Shown piece after piece: positions 1-12,405 of a stretch of DNA of 64,000 bases. The stretch is from NCBI RefSeq assembly GCF_006345805.1, contig NC_042998.1, positions 167,462,001 to 167,526,000 of the forward strand, read 5' to 3'. Position 1 is the first letter of the stretch. Every line of letters starts with the position of its first letter. The DNA is from Octopus sinensis. Its lineage: Eukaryota. The notes beneath the pieces are model-generated. The model searched no databases. It was not told the origin of the DNA and was given only the letters and a program-made list of their open reading frames with translations. The position numbers were made by a program, and so were the translations under genes.

Positions 1-251
1 GAAGATACGTCTCGCTTTTATTCTTCGAAACGTAGAGTAGATGAAACCTTAGCGACTGAAGAAGGGGTTTTTTCGTTGTTTTGTTGTTTTTAAAAAAATG
101 TCCTGTTCCTTTGGTTTGTGTCTATGTTTTCGTTTCTCTATGTGTTCGACGTCCCTTTGGTGTCCTGTACTCATATATGCGTGTATATGTACATGTAGAG
201 GTAGGTACGTACATATATGTTTATATATACGCATATGTTTTATTTCTTTTA

Positions 252-285
<34 letters not shown>

Positions 286-288
<3 letters not shown>

Positions 289-899
289 CAATTAAGGATA
301 AAATCTTAATAAGGAATCTTAACAAGAAATTATCAGGTAGTTAGCGTGAAAACCTCATAAGAGAAAAAATCCGAAAATAATTTTTTCACTTGAAAATATT
401 TATTTATATTCTATAGAGGGCATTATTATACATAAATGCCACACGCTAAGAGGGACATAAGTCATTACTACCAAAATTTAACTAATCATACCGAATGCAG
501 CTCTCGAAGCAAGACATTTAAAAAACTGAATTTAGTTCTATATCACCTGTGATTTCGCAATTAACGTATTAAATACGTCTTTTGTTCATCAGTAGAACAG
601 ATTCTGAACACATCATAAATAAACATAACCAACATACCTAGCGAAGCCAAACAGACATCTGCTCCCCTCGGCGAAGCACATGGAAATGTTTATTCATCAT
701 ATATTCGGTAAATGGCGGGCTTTTTCGAACTGCATGTCGGTAGAAAAAGTTTTTCTTCGGAATAAATTTAACAATTAAGGATAAAATATTAATAAGGAAT
801 CTTAACAAGAAATTATCAGGTATGATTAGTTAAATTTTGGTAGTAATGACTTATGTCCCGCTTAGCGTGTGGCATTTATGTATAATAATGCCCTCTATA
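286..899 (-). mobile_element. Non-autonomous PLE pseudo-LTR / retrozyme-like element with hammerhead
   Basis: Direct repeat 286-339 = 769-822 (period 483 bp). Inverted repeat 412-492 / 819-899 (1 mismatch). Flanked by TA-rich microsatellites; hammerhead inside. Confidence 0.75.
535..598 (-). ncRNA. Type I hammerhead ribozyme
   Basis: Minus strand: GTTCTA-CTGATGA-(stem II containing acgtatt/aatacgt)-GAAA-TCAC-AG-GTGA-TA-TAGAAC. Stem I and stem III pair perfectly; AUA cleavage triplet; base of stem II imperfect. Confidence 0.75.
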
Positions 900-910
900 C
901 AATCTATCTA

Positions 911-958
<48 letters not shown>

Positions 959-1077
959 TACTTGGAGGAATGTATGTATGTATATATATGTATATGTATC
1001 TGCATGTATGTATGTATGTATATGTGTGTGTGTGTGTCTGTTTGTCTGTCTGTCTGTTTGTGATTATATTCCCTGGT

Positions 1078-1260
1078 ACCCATCATCGTTTAACGTCCGC
1101 CCTCCATCCTGGCATGAGTGGGACGGTTTGGGAGGAGCCGTCCAGGCAGAAGTCTGTACTAGACTTCTGTAACAGTTTTGGCAGGATTTTTACAGTTGCA
1201 TACCCTTCCGAACACCAACCACTTTACAGTGTGGACTGGGTGCTTTTAAGTGGTACCTGC
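1078..1260 (-). mobile_element. RTE-related short repeat, 3' part
   Basis: Minus strand has ggaagggtatgcaactgtaaaa and ends gcggacgttaaacgatgatg, resembling RTE UTR motifs with a TGA-type tail. Confidence 0.5.
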
Positions 1261-1410
1261 ATTGACAGAGTCCCCAAGTACTTACAAGACAAAAGAAATT
1301 TCGAGAGGAGAGGCAGCATTGGAGAAGGTGATCTTGTGTCGGAGAAGGTTATTGTGAGAGAGACAGAAACAGGTGTCTTGCTGTAGAAGAGGTACAAGGT
1401 TATCCGGCCG

Positions 1411-1457
<47 letters not shown>

Positions 1458-1479
1458 ATTAAGACAGAAACGGGTGCGC

Positions 1480-2190
1480 TGCCACAAAGGAAATACCTGA
1501 GGGAAATGCAGGAGGAGAGCGAGAGTGGACGACAGCAGGATAGAGATGGTGGCAAAATGCTGGGCAAACTCAGAAGAGACGGTGATCAGAATGCAAATGG
1601 GATGGTTGAGTAAAGGAAGAAAGAAATGTAGATGATGGCAAGTGCCAGAGCATACCCTTGAGGTTCGAATGCAATAATATAAGTGGCAGGATATTGCGAA
1701 GGAAGCGTAACTGAAGAGTGCGGAGAGGGGTAGTGAGTGGCGAAAACCTGGGTATATATAGAGTCGGGTGGGGGTTACAGGATAGCAATGATACAGAGGA
1801 ACAGGGCTGAGAGGACAGGATCGGGGAGCTAGGCATAGTGTATGAAAGATGAAATGTGAGGAAGAGAAGAGACGTAGATTGGTTTGTTGGATGTGTGTGT
1901 ATGTGTATAGTTAATTTTTAAAAAACAACGAAGAAAAAAGACAGCAAAAAAAAAACAACAACACGAGGACGTTGTACATGCAAAGTTTTAATGAGACGCT
2001 CCGAGAAGGAAAGAAAGGGTAGGTGTTTTACGTTTCAAGCAGTACTCTTCTTCGGAAACACGAGACATAGGAAAGTTCAAAAGAAAAGGAAGGAGGTAAA
2101 GAATCACCAATAGTCTATGTGAAGTTACATTTATGAAATGACTGGAATTAGATAGACAAAGAGAAAGTACTTTCTGGAACAGAAGAGTGT
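1480..2190 (-). mobile_element. Degraded Penelope-like element with 3' repeat
   Basis: Decayed CT-rich coding-like tract. Degenerate hammerhead-like motif ccgaagaagagtactgcttgaaacgta at ~2030-2060 (minus). Confidence 0.35.
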
Positions 2191-2211
2191 GTATATATAT
2201 ATATATATATA

Positions 2212-2595
2212 TCTCTCTATATATAAACGGCAGTTTGTCTGTGCATGTTTCTGTGTGTCTGTTTGCTTGTACCTCACCCTGACCACGGCTTTCAACCGAT
2301 TCTGATGAAACTTGACACACACATAGCCCAATGTCATAATTCAAAACTAACGCAGCCAAAATTTTGAAAAGTTTCCCCAGTTCTGAAAAAATCGATAAAT
2401 TCGACATGGGGTCGAGAATCAGAAACACGAACCACAAACTGTCTAGGGGACGCAACTCCATCCTTTTTTAACTCTCAAAAAAAAATTTACCATCATTTTT
2501 TTCCATTTTTTTGCTATTTTTTGGCTATAACTCTCTAAAAATGCTTTATAGTTATTTCCCTTACAAACCTGAGCAACGCCGGGCGATACTGCTAG
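2212..2595 (+). mobile_element. Non-autonomous Helitron
   Basis: A|TC 5' end; 3' hairpin cctgagcaacgccggg followed by CTAG|T; no TSD. Confidence 0.8.
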
Positions 2596-2603
2596 TATAT
2601 ATA

Positions 2604-2684
<81 letters not shown>

Positions 2685-2709
2685 ATATGTATGTATGTAT
2701 GTATGTATA

Positions 2710-3151
2710 TCTATACATATAAAGCTGAAGTTGTCTCTGTGTGTGTGGCAGGTTTGGTAGCCTTCAACTAACACTATCTCCTCTGAGACCCTGTGGCGCA
2801 AGTTGACCAAAATTGAGAGTATGATTGAAGAAGGCTTGCTCTTCATTCCGTAGAATAAAAAATTCAAATCGGACCATGTTAAGACCAAAAATTATTTACA
2901 TCAAAAAGGTGCTTTTTTTCGATAAAAATCCCTACTTTTTACGATTTTTTGACTGCTGTATCGCCATTTTTCGGTGTATTTCAACCAGAAAAATGTTCGC
3001 TTAAAGAGAATAACAAGCTACATAATGCCAAAGTTTTGCTTTTCAAAAAAGATTGAAACTATGTCAAAACTTTGTTAATGCGACATCAAAGTCTGCCGTT
3101 TTAAACGCAACTAAAAATCAAAACCCGAGCAACGCCGGGCTATACTGCTAG
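2710..3151 (+). mobile_element. Non-autonomous Helitron
   Basis: A|TC start; cccgagcaacgccggg hairpin; CTAG|T end. Confidence 0.8.
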
Positions 3152-3579
3152 TATTTATATATAGTTCACTGTTCCATTATGGTAGGATCAACAAAATTGT
3201 ACTGCATCCAGTGAGAGATAAATATCATTTAATGTACGCAGTATTTAAAATACGAGCTGCTAATAGTTTCTTGCCATAGAGACTCTGAGATTAGGTAGAT
3301 TTATATTATATGCCTTGAGTCTTTAGTTGTATTTGAAAACTAGGATTCTAGTACATGAGAAAACACAAGAACAAATGAGAAGATTGATGTAAACAGTGGA
3401 ATGAGAAGACAAAGGGTGAAGAAAAATGGGGAAAACAAGGAAAGAAAAGAAGGGAAGTTTAGTGTTGCGTCCCCTTTGACCACAAAACTCATAAGCAATC
3501 TAGCTAGTGTAGAATAATTCAACGGTGAGGAGTTCAAGAATCTGTCAAACAGCTGCTCAATGTGGAGAGGTGATTACCT

Positions 3580-3690
3580 CCAGTTCGACAAAAGGGATTT
3601 GTCCTTGTACTTGCATTTACTGAAAAATTCGGATCTGGAATTAAGTAGTGTGGTGGAATTCTTGGACTTAAAGGAGAATGTGCAATATTT
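3580..3690 (-). mobile_element. PLE (Naiad-like) ORF C-terminal relic
   Basis: Minus frame reads LLNSRSEFFSKCKYKDKSLL, matching the LN.RSE..SKCRH..K..L end of GIY-YIG PLE ORFs as I recall it. Confidence 0.5.
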
Positions 3691-4019
3691 CAGCTACCCA
3701 TAGCTTACTTATGATTTCTACGGTCAAAGGGGACGTAACTCTTAACTTTCTTTCTTTTTTCGTTTTTACTCGCCCTCTGTCTCCCCATTCCACTTTTTGC
3801 ATCAACCTTCTAGTTGTTTATCGTGGTTTCTTATGAGTCAGCGTCCTGGTTTTCAAATAGAGTTAATCATGTGCATTGAGCCAGGAGATTGCTTAGAGAC
3901 ACAAGATACGTTATATAAATCTGCTTTATAACATTGTCAATGCGGAAAGACATTATCATCAGCTCTTATTTTAAATACAAAAGAGCGAAAATTATAAATG
4001 CACACAGGTATTTAATATC

Positions 4020-4230
4020 TTGCCAAAATTCGTGATAGATCTATATGGAGTAGTGGTAGATGTTTTCAAGAAACAACTTGACGCGCTGCTGTCCAGAGTT
4101 GAAGTTGAATCTACATCATGCCAAGAAATTCAAAAGAGGGCAGCAATATCGAACTCCTTCCTTCACCAAAAGTCAATCAGAAAAGCATGGCCATCCAAAA
4201 GGTGATAATACTGGCGGTGCCCCGGGCTGT
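4020..4230 (+). mobile_element. CR1/L2-like LINE 3' relic
   Basis: VDVFKKQLDALLSRV...RAAISNSFLHQ matches the FK..LD..L..V...RAA.SNSL..Q C-terminus. Confidence 0.55.
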
Positions 4231-5063
4231 CATGCATAAAAGAATAAAAATGTGTGTTAAGCGCGCGCGTGGGTGCATGAATTGTATGCACGTTTGTATA
4301 TGTATATATATAAATGTATGTAAATATGTGTGTATATATATGTGTGTTTGTGTGTGTGTGTGTATACATATATCTTTATAAACTCATATATACGTGTATA
4401 CATATTTGTATGCGGTGCGTCTGCCTGCGCAGGCACTCACAGGCACTCCCGCCCGTACACACATGCATAAATAATGAATACATATATACGAGTATATACG
4501 TGCACAGACACACACACACATACACACATACATACATACATACATACATACACACACATACATACATACATACATACATACATACATACATACATACATA
4601 CATACATACATACATACATACATACATGCAAAGTCTGAATATAGACAAAAGTTAAGAGAAGAAAGACATTGAAAGACAAGGAATACACAAAAATAAAAAA
4701 TAAAAGGTTTATGTGCATTGACATTTCATCAAAACACAACATTGATTGCAAGACAAAGATCTGAAGGTTTATTGCTTGGAGCCATTCATCATACAAAGTG
4801 ATATGAAGAAGGCATCAAAAGCCCTTTGATATCTTTTTCTCAAAACTTTTCAAAGACTTCCGTTATAAACGGTTGAATCACTGTTGTTGTTACTTGGCCT
4901 TTTTCTTTCTTACCTTTTTCGATCAAAGACCATAATAGTCCATTAGGCTGTTGAGAGAGCATAACGAGGTCATAACTTCATAGTTTAGATTTAGTTTCGC
5001 ATTGAATGAGGAATGACTATTCATATTCACATATGTGTGTGTGTGTATGTGTGTGTGTGTATA

Positions 5064-5476
5064 GGCGCAGGAGTGGCTGTGTGGTAAGTAGCTTGCTTAC
5101 CAACCACATGGGTCCGGGTTCAGTCCCACTGCGTGGCACCTTGGGCAAGTGTCTTTTACTATAGCCTCGGGCTGACCAAAGTCTTGTGAGTGGATTTGGT
5201 AGACGGAAACTGAAAGAAGCTTGTCGTATATATGTATATGTATATATATATGTGTGTGTGTATGCTTGTATGTCTTTGTTTATGTCCCCAACATCGCTTG
5301 ACAACGGATTCTGGTGTGTTTACGTCCCCGTAACCTAGCGGCTCGGCAAAAGACCCCGATAGAATAAGTACTAGGCTTACAAAGAATAAGTCCTGGGCTC
5401 GATTTGCTCGGCTAAAGGCGGTGTTCCAGCATGGCCGCAGTCAAATGACTGAAACAAGTAAAAGAGTAAAAGAGAG
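5064..5476 (+). mobile_element. tRNA-derived SINE (OR2/CORE-like group)
   Basis: A box gtggctgtgtggt, B box ggttcagtccc, CORE-like ccttgggcaagt, internal microsatellite, (aaagagt) tail; many copies in the window. Confidence 0.9.
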
Positions 5477-5532
5477 TGTGTATGTATGTATGTATGTATG
5501 TATGTATGTATGTATGTATGTATGTATGTATA

Positions 5533-6460
5533 CATTAGCTATCAGCCTTAAGAAGACCAACATCATGGGTCAGGCTACATCGGACATCCCAAACATACAT
5601 ATTGGAGACCACAGATTACAAGAGGTGGAGAAGTTTACCTATCTGGGCTCTACTGTCACCTACAACCTATCCCTTGACGCTGAGCTCAATATACGCATTG
5701 GCAAGGCAGCTGCTGCGATGGCCCAAATCTCCAAACGGGCTTGGGACAACTATAAGCTGACCAAGACCACGAAAATGAAGATCTACCAAGCATGTGTACT
5801 TAGCACTCTACTGTATGGAAGTGAGACTTGGACGCTATACACACGCCAAGAGCGTCGCCTAAACATCTTTCACCTGCGCTGCTTCCGGAAAATCCTCCGC
5901 ATCAAATGGCAGAATCATATCCCCAACAAAGATGTCCTCAAGCAAGCAGGAATACCAAGCATGTTTGCACTCCTCACACAAAGACGTATGAGATGGCTTG
6001 AGCATGTTAGCCGTATGAAAGATGGCAGAATCCCCAAGGACATACTCTACGGAGAGCTTGCTAGGGGTACTAGGTCTGTGGGTAGACCGTTCTTACGTTA
6101 CAAAGATGTTTGCAAAAGGGACATGAAGGCCTGCAACATCAATATTAGCGGTTGGGAGGCAGTTGCCGGCAACCGTGGAGAATGGCGACGTACCGTAAAA
6201 GAGGGAATACAAAGGAGTGACAGAGAGAGAGAGGAGAAATGGAAAGAAAAGAAGAGACGTCAACAAGAAACTATGGCATTACAACCAGCCAGGAACAGTC
6301 TTCGCTACATTTGCGGTACCTGCCAGAGGGAGTGTTTGTCCAGGATAGGACTACACAGCCACAGCAGGAAATGTATCAGGACATGAAATGTAAAAGCCGG
6401 ACTAGACTACTTTACGCGCAACTCCATTGTCTCCCGAGACAAAAAGGATGCCAACAACAA
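5533..6460 (+). mobile_element. 5'-truncated RTE LINE (RT C-terminus plus C2H2 finger)
   Basis: Uninterrupted frame: FTYLGS, RIGKA, LLYGSETW, RMRWLEHVSRM, C-x2-C...H-x3-C/H finger, stop at 6386. (CAA)n tail; apparent TSD tgtatgtata. Confidence 0.93.
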
Positions 6461-6469
6461 TGTATGTAT

Positions 6470-6700
6470 AAATTGGTTGAAAACCGCGCAAAGTGGAGAA
6501 ATATTGTTAGAAAAATACACGTCACGTCTGTGAGCCAAAGTGAGTGGAGTACGCTGCTCTGAGGTGATCACTCTGTGAGCAAGATTCAAGTGCAATGCCT
6601 GCAGAAATCCAAACGGAATTGAAGCGTAATGTAAGCGAAAGATTTCTTATCTCGAGGGCTGGATTAGTCAACCACCTTAATGCACACGAACCAAGGAGAA
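6470..6700 (+). mobile_element. Older degraded RTE 3' end
   Basis: LVENRAKWRNIVRK and ISRAGLVNHLNAH resemble the RTE C-terminus. Confidence 0.5.
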
Positions 6701-6966
6701 ATGAAGCAGCACTTAAGGCATGGGCACACCGGAGCCCTATTCTGAACTACGTACGCTGTGGATTACTGTGGATTACTGGGGATTACTGTCAATAAATTGA
6801 TATTATAGAGCCCAGTGCAATGATTTGCCCGCGAGCCTATAATACTGCTAAAAGGGCCCTGTCTACCGTCACGTTCTCTGCGGCATATTCTGCTTGCAGA
6901 ATAGAAGGTGGGTTGAAGAACAACTTCTGCGCACATAGCTGAGTTCAATTAAAAGATGGTACTATA

Positions 6967-7062
6967 CGAGGGGTGTATGAAAAGTTTTGAGCTTGTACAT
7001 TCATCAGAAGTCTTGTACCATGTTTTGTTTTTTGAGGCTCAAGACTTTTCATACACCCCTCG
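6967..7062. mobile_element. Tc1/mariner-type MITE (96 bp)
   Basis: TIR cgaggggtgtatgaaaagttttgagc / gctcaagacttttcatacacccctcg; TA on both sides. Confidence 0.88.
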
Positions 7063-7064
7063 TA

Positions 7065-7340
7065 TATCGTTGGTTTGATTACTCTACAGTTGGGTAATCC
7101 TTGTGATTCTTATGCATTCGCTACAACTTACTATCGTTCAGGCGTTTAATTCGGTCTTCCAGTTTAACTCTATGGATAAATTTTCTGCCTCGTCTTTTAC
7201 TATGTGTTCGGGTTACATTCTTAGTTATCTTGTTTAATATCAATATTTTGTAAACATTGCTATCGAGCTGAAACACATTTCTAGTCTTAAGTGTATGCAC
7301 TTAAAATTGCTAGAATTTTTGGAGAGCATCAGTTGCTCTT
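7065..7340 (-). mobile_element. PLE (Naiad-like) RT N-terminal relic
   Basis: Minus frames give KTRNVFQL...NKITK...KLEDRI...KNHK...PNCRVIKP, similar to DKT.N.Y...NITK...DRI...KDHK...P.CRLINP. Confidence 0.55.
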
Positions 7341-7637
7341 TTTATTCATTTTGAAAAGATGAGGTGCGGTTATCCGCTTTCAATTTTATATTACTATATG
7401 ATGCCCTCTTGAAATACTTCTAAATGTTTGATTTATTTTAGCACTCTATCCGTTTTCTCAATTAGTTGTGTAGTATAGACATGTCATCATCTTGTCTTCC
7501 CACTTGCGAAAGTCGGATCTGGTGAAGAAGTGTCTAAGCTGCAAGGAGTGTAAGATAAAATGCATTGCCGTATTTATTTCGGTTCTCTATGCCCTGATTT
7601 TAAATTCTATCGCAGTCATATTTACTTTTCATCTCTA

Positions 7638-7950
7638 GGGAGTGTTTTCTACTATAGCCTAGGGCCGTCCAAAGCCTTGTGAGTGGATTTGGTAGACGGA
7701 AACTGAAAGAAGCCCGTCGTATATATGTATATGTATGTATATATGTGTGTGTTTGTGTGTCTGTTTTTGTCCCCCTCCCCCCAACATCGCTTGACAACCA
7801 ATGCTGGTGTCTTTACGTCTCCTTAACTTAGCGGTTCGGCAAAAGAGACCGATAGAATAAGTACTAGGCTTACAAAGTCGATTTGCTCGACTAAAGGTGG
7901 TGCCCCAGCATGGCTGCAGTAAAATGACTGAATCAAGTAAAATGAGTTAA
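7638..7950 (+). mobile_element. OR2-like SINE, 5'-truncated
   Basis: Body and tail match 5150-5470. Confidence 0.85.
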
Positions 7951-8496
7951 AAAAAAGCTGTTCAAGGTCTAACAGAATTATGGTGCCAAAGGTTAGTAAT
8001 TCGAACGTACTTATCGTTTTTATGTTTCTACACATTTCTTGAAGTAAATGTTTTCCCTTTTGTAAGAATTCATACAATATGTACATTGAGTAGTAAAGAG
8101 TCTTGTGTTCTGTTATTCTATTCTACTTATTTATTTTCGATTGATTATAATTTGTTTACTTAAAAACAGGAATTTTGGAAAATAAAAGTTTTTTTTACAA
8201 CTGCGATTTCTGTTTTTGCTTACGTGAAATTTAAAAAATAATTGAAGATTTGGTTGTTATTTCCAGCATGTGGAGAGACCTTCTAGGCTTAACTTCATGT
8301 GCTGGTTGAAAATCACCTAAAAAAGATTCTGAGGTCGACACATTCGACTAAAAATTCCTCAAAGTGGTGCCCTAGCATGGTCACGGTCTAATAACAAGTA
8401 AAAAGAAAAAAAATAACCGAAAAACGTAGCCGTGAGGCTTTTGTCCGCAACCCGTGTGGATTCATATGTACATCTTTCGCGTCAAATATATATATA

Positions 8497-8950
8497 CTAG
8501 CAGCATAGCCCGGCGTTGCCCGGGTATGTAAGAGCCCCTAGTAGGCAACGACTAATCCCAATCTAGTCCTTTCCCTCTAGGGAACGAAGGCACATGTGTG
8601 GGTTGCAATGTCTTCTCTTCACTCGAATACTTCTGTGTATACGATGTTCCTAGCTGTCCCTTTGGGCGAAAATATGAAAACATAATTGTGCCTCCCAACG
8701 CGTGAACAGCCCAGAAAATGTGTTGCATATAAAAAGCTTTGATTCTCGACCCCATGTCGAATTTATCGACTTTTTCAGAACTGGGGGAACTTTTCAAAAT
8801 TTTCGCTGCGTTAGTTTTGAATTATGACATTGGGCTATGTGTGTGTCAAGTTTCATCAGAATCGGTTGAAAGCCGTGGTCAGGGTGAGGGTACAAACTGA
8901 CAGACACACAGACACACAGACAGACAAACTGCCGTTTATATAGAGAGAGA
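8497..8950 (-). mobile_element. Non-autonomous Helitron
   Basis: Minus-strand TC start nearly identical to the 2212 copy; cccgggcaacgccggg hairpin; CTAG end. Confidence 0.8.
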
Positions 8951-9610
8951 TATAGTACATGTATATGAATTAGAGAACCACCATATAGCAATTCAACAAT
9001 GATATACTTAAATCATACCATATAGAAAAAAAAATAAAGATACGGTAAAGCATTTACATAGAACTAAATAAAGTACGAAATAATAAATTAATTCGTCCAC
9101 AACACTTTCACTTCTCTCTTCTTCCTTCCTTACCCTGTTCCATCTCTTACCTCCTCTCCATCACTCCTCGCTACACCTCCGCACCTCATCCCCATGCTTG
9201 ACCTTCATTCCTTCACTCTTTCCTCCAGCAACTCCTCTAACTTCTCTCCTATTTCCTTTCCAGCTTTCCTTCTCAGTGCTTGCAATCCTCTATACACTTC
9301 TCTCATTTGCTCTTCAAAAATACTCGTTACTTTAGCGGAGGCGTTCGCCTTCAAAAACCACCTATTATATATCTCTCCACTTCAAAGTAACTTCAGCTAT
9401 GTAACCACATTGTGCTTTTCTCGGACTTTTTTTTCTGCCCAGAACCTTTCCTCTTTCCTCTTTTTGACGAAGAGCCATGCTCGAAACGTCACATCATCTC
9501 TTTTTTTTTTTTTCATCTTAAATAGAGCTTGAACCTAATACATTCATTGTGTACGTCATTTTGACTTTTGCTGCTTTTGCTTTTATTTTCATTTTTGATT
9601 AGCATATATA

Positions 9611-9641
<31 letters not shown>

Positions 9642-9884
9642 ATAGACAGCATTGTGGCAACAGATTGGAAACGGCCGTAAGATATGTTACGACACCTATT
9701 TGTTATGTCATGCTTTGTATAAAAACTAAGCTATAAATGTGGTCCGCTCGATGTGTTTGTTAATCTGAGGTTTTCTCCATTTTCTGATTATATGTGTGTG
9801 TGTGTGTATTACGTGTTTTAATTAAAGTTACTTTGCTCACTATATTAAATATGGTAGTAAAAAATTAACTAGTTTACATTCATG

Positions 9885-10570
9885 TGCAGTTTGACCGAAT
9901 GGTTAAGCACTTTCGCTTCGCCCACACAAGTCCTCGGGTTCGATCTGATTGCATGACCTCTTGGGCAAATGCAATTTGCTGAAACTTCGATCGAACCACA
10001 CCTTATCAGTGAAATCGAAATGACGGAAACTTTATAGAAGCCCGTCGAGTGGTTTACAGCCGTAATTCAAAACATGCAAACTTGTCACACTGTTACACCA
10101 AGTCAGCCGGAGAATTACATTAAGGTCTCAAGTATCGGTGGAATACCCGGCCACCTTCACGTTAATTTAGAAGCAGGTTATTAAGTCGATGAAACAGCTG
10201 AATTCTTCTTGTCGAACGAAAGAGATCCACCACCATATAGTTGACGGAAACTATATGGAAACCTGTCGCATGCATACATACATTGAATAAGTGTTTTTTG
10301 TATGTACATACATACACATATATACATAGTATGTATCTGTACCTGTGATTGTCACTGCCCCACACTACTTACTTGACAACCGGTGTTAGTTTGTTTATAC
10401 CCCTTTCACTTAATGGTTTTTTGGCAAAAAAAAAAGCAATCTTATAAGGACCTGACTACCGAAGAAACACAACATAAATATTGGGGTTGATTTGTTCGAC
10501 TAAAACCCTTCAAGGCTATGCTCCAGCATGGTCGCAGTTTGATGACTAACATGTGAAAGATAAAAGATAT
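9885..10570 (+). mobile_element. Diverged composite SINE remnants
   Basis: tRNA-like head with cttgggcaa, an OR1-type tail piece at ~10060-10225 and an OR2-like tail. Confidence 0.6.
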
Positions 10571-12405
10571 AAAACACTTCAGAGAATATCCACTCACGCA
10601 TACACACACCTTTTAACTCTCTCCTCTCTTTCGTTATTCATACACAGCCTCATTGACATACGCATGCCATGAGTCAACGAGAAGCCTATATGTGGTCTCT
10701 CGACCTGCTGAAAATAGCTGTCAAACTCTCCCTTAAATAGATACCCTACCATCACAAATGAGTTAATACGTATAGTCTGAATTAAAGACAGAATGATCAT
10801 TGCTGGTATTCCTCTGGTCATAAGTCAAGCTCCATTAGGACTGACCTGTTGGCAAATAAACGCACATGCTCTATCTCCACTCTCTGGCCTTCTCTATCTG
10901 TCTGTCTCTCTCACTTTCTATCTATCTCTCTGTCACTGCCGCCCCATACAGACACACAAATCCATGTACAAATGCGTGTACCCACACATACACACACACG
11001 TATAAATGTACATAATCCTAATGCGTCAAGTTGAAAAGTTGACGTCTTCAAGAGGGCAAGGGGTGTTGTAGATGTATGATAGATAATTAAGAAAATAAAT
11101 TACAAGCAATAAAAATGACAAAGCATGAAGAATACAAATATAAAATAAAATAGACAGTACGGAGGAAGGTTTGTGTAGACGCCGAACAGCTTGTGTAAGT
11201 GAGAGTTGAGTATAATAAGATAACGACATTAAAAGTGATAGCTATTAAATACAGGGCGAACGAATCTTGCGCGCCAAAACGATGGCAATTGTTGGGAGTA
11301 AGATGGAAGTAAAGACTTGCTTCAACAAGTTTTCATAATGACACAGAATAAACACGGAGACAATAGAATGGATATATATTGAAGAGAGAAAATATAGAAA
11401 GAGCCAACCCCATTGAGACAATATGGTTTGGTTTTTATAACCCTTTTATGGTTAATTAATTTGTACGGTAAAACAAACAAAGAAGTTGATAGCTTTTTTT
11501 TCTTCCTTTTTACAAGGTGACTTTTTGACTTTTTGATAGCCATTTTGAAAATATGAAGATAAAAGGGAGGAAGAATAGATAAATAATTAAGCTAATGAAC
11601 ATTGGGAAGAGATAGATGGATGAGAAGAATAATGATGATAATGATGATGACGACGACGACGGCGACGATGATGATGATGGGCAAGCGTCAGTGGGGATTG
11701 AGCGGAGGTGGCGGCAGTGGTGCTTGAAACATAGCTGCTGCTGCTGCTGATGATGATTTTCAGATAAATAATTTCAATACTTTAAGAGTATTGCTGCTAT
11801 TCAGTATTTTCTTTTTTTAATTCCAAATGTTTGTACAGACAAATGATCAACTGAAATCTTTAGCATTTGGTTTCAGAAATTTAGTAATCTATATGTAAAT
11901 CCATCCGGATTTTTACACTGTATGGAAGAAGCGAGAGTGTATCTTGAATGTCCCTTGTCTGTCCTTGTAATGTCCCCTCTATGTAAAACCTTTATAGGTT
12001 AATAAAGAAATACTATATTCGTATTATCAGTTATTCCATGTAGTGCCAGCACCTTGGTTTATTTTCAGAATTAGTTGACGAAAAAGCATAGTTAACAATG
12101 AAAACTAATTGTCATAAGCTTATAAGAATAAACTTATAGAGAAAAGTACTTCAGCTGTAGTTACGATCCCCTGTCGTTTTAACAATCAGTCCTTTCTCTT
12201 TTTTTTTTAACGATGTGTGTAGAGATTGGCTGCTATTCATGCAGATTAAACGACAGTAAAGAGTAGCACTTCTCAAACTGGGCAATACTGTAAAAATTTT
12301 AAATGGTAATTGAAGGCAAAGGGTGTAGTAGTAAGCAATAGATGTATATGTAAAGCTCCTTTTATTTTTGCTTTCTATCTAAATACAAATACAAAATTTA
12401 CATAT

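Noticed and set aside
1-50. Possible hammerhead at the window edge (gaag...cttcGAAAcgta)
   Set aside because: 5' part lies outside the window, so it cannot be evaluated.
5064-5140. tRNA genes at SINE heads (also 15941, 53005)
   Set aside because: A and B boxes are present but run into SINE bodies; no complete cloverleaf.
5421-5532. N-terminus of the 321 aa ORF
   Set aside because: Chance in-frame read through a SINE tail and (TATG)n; real RTE homology starts near 5533.
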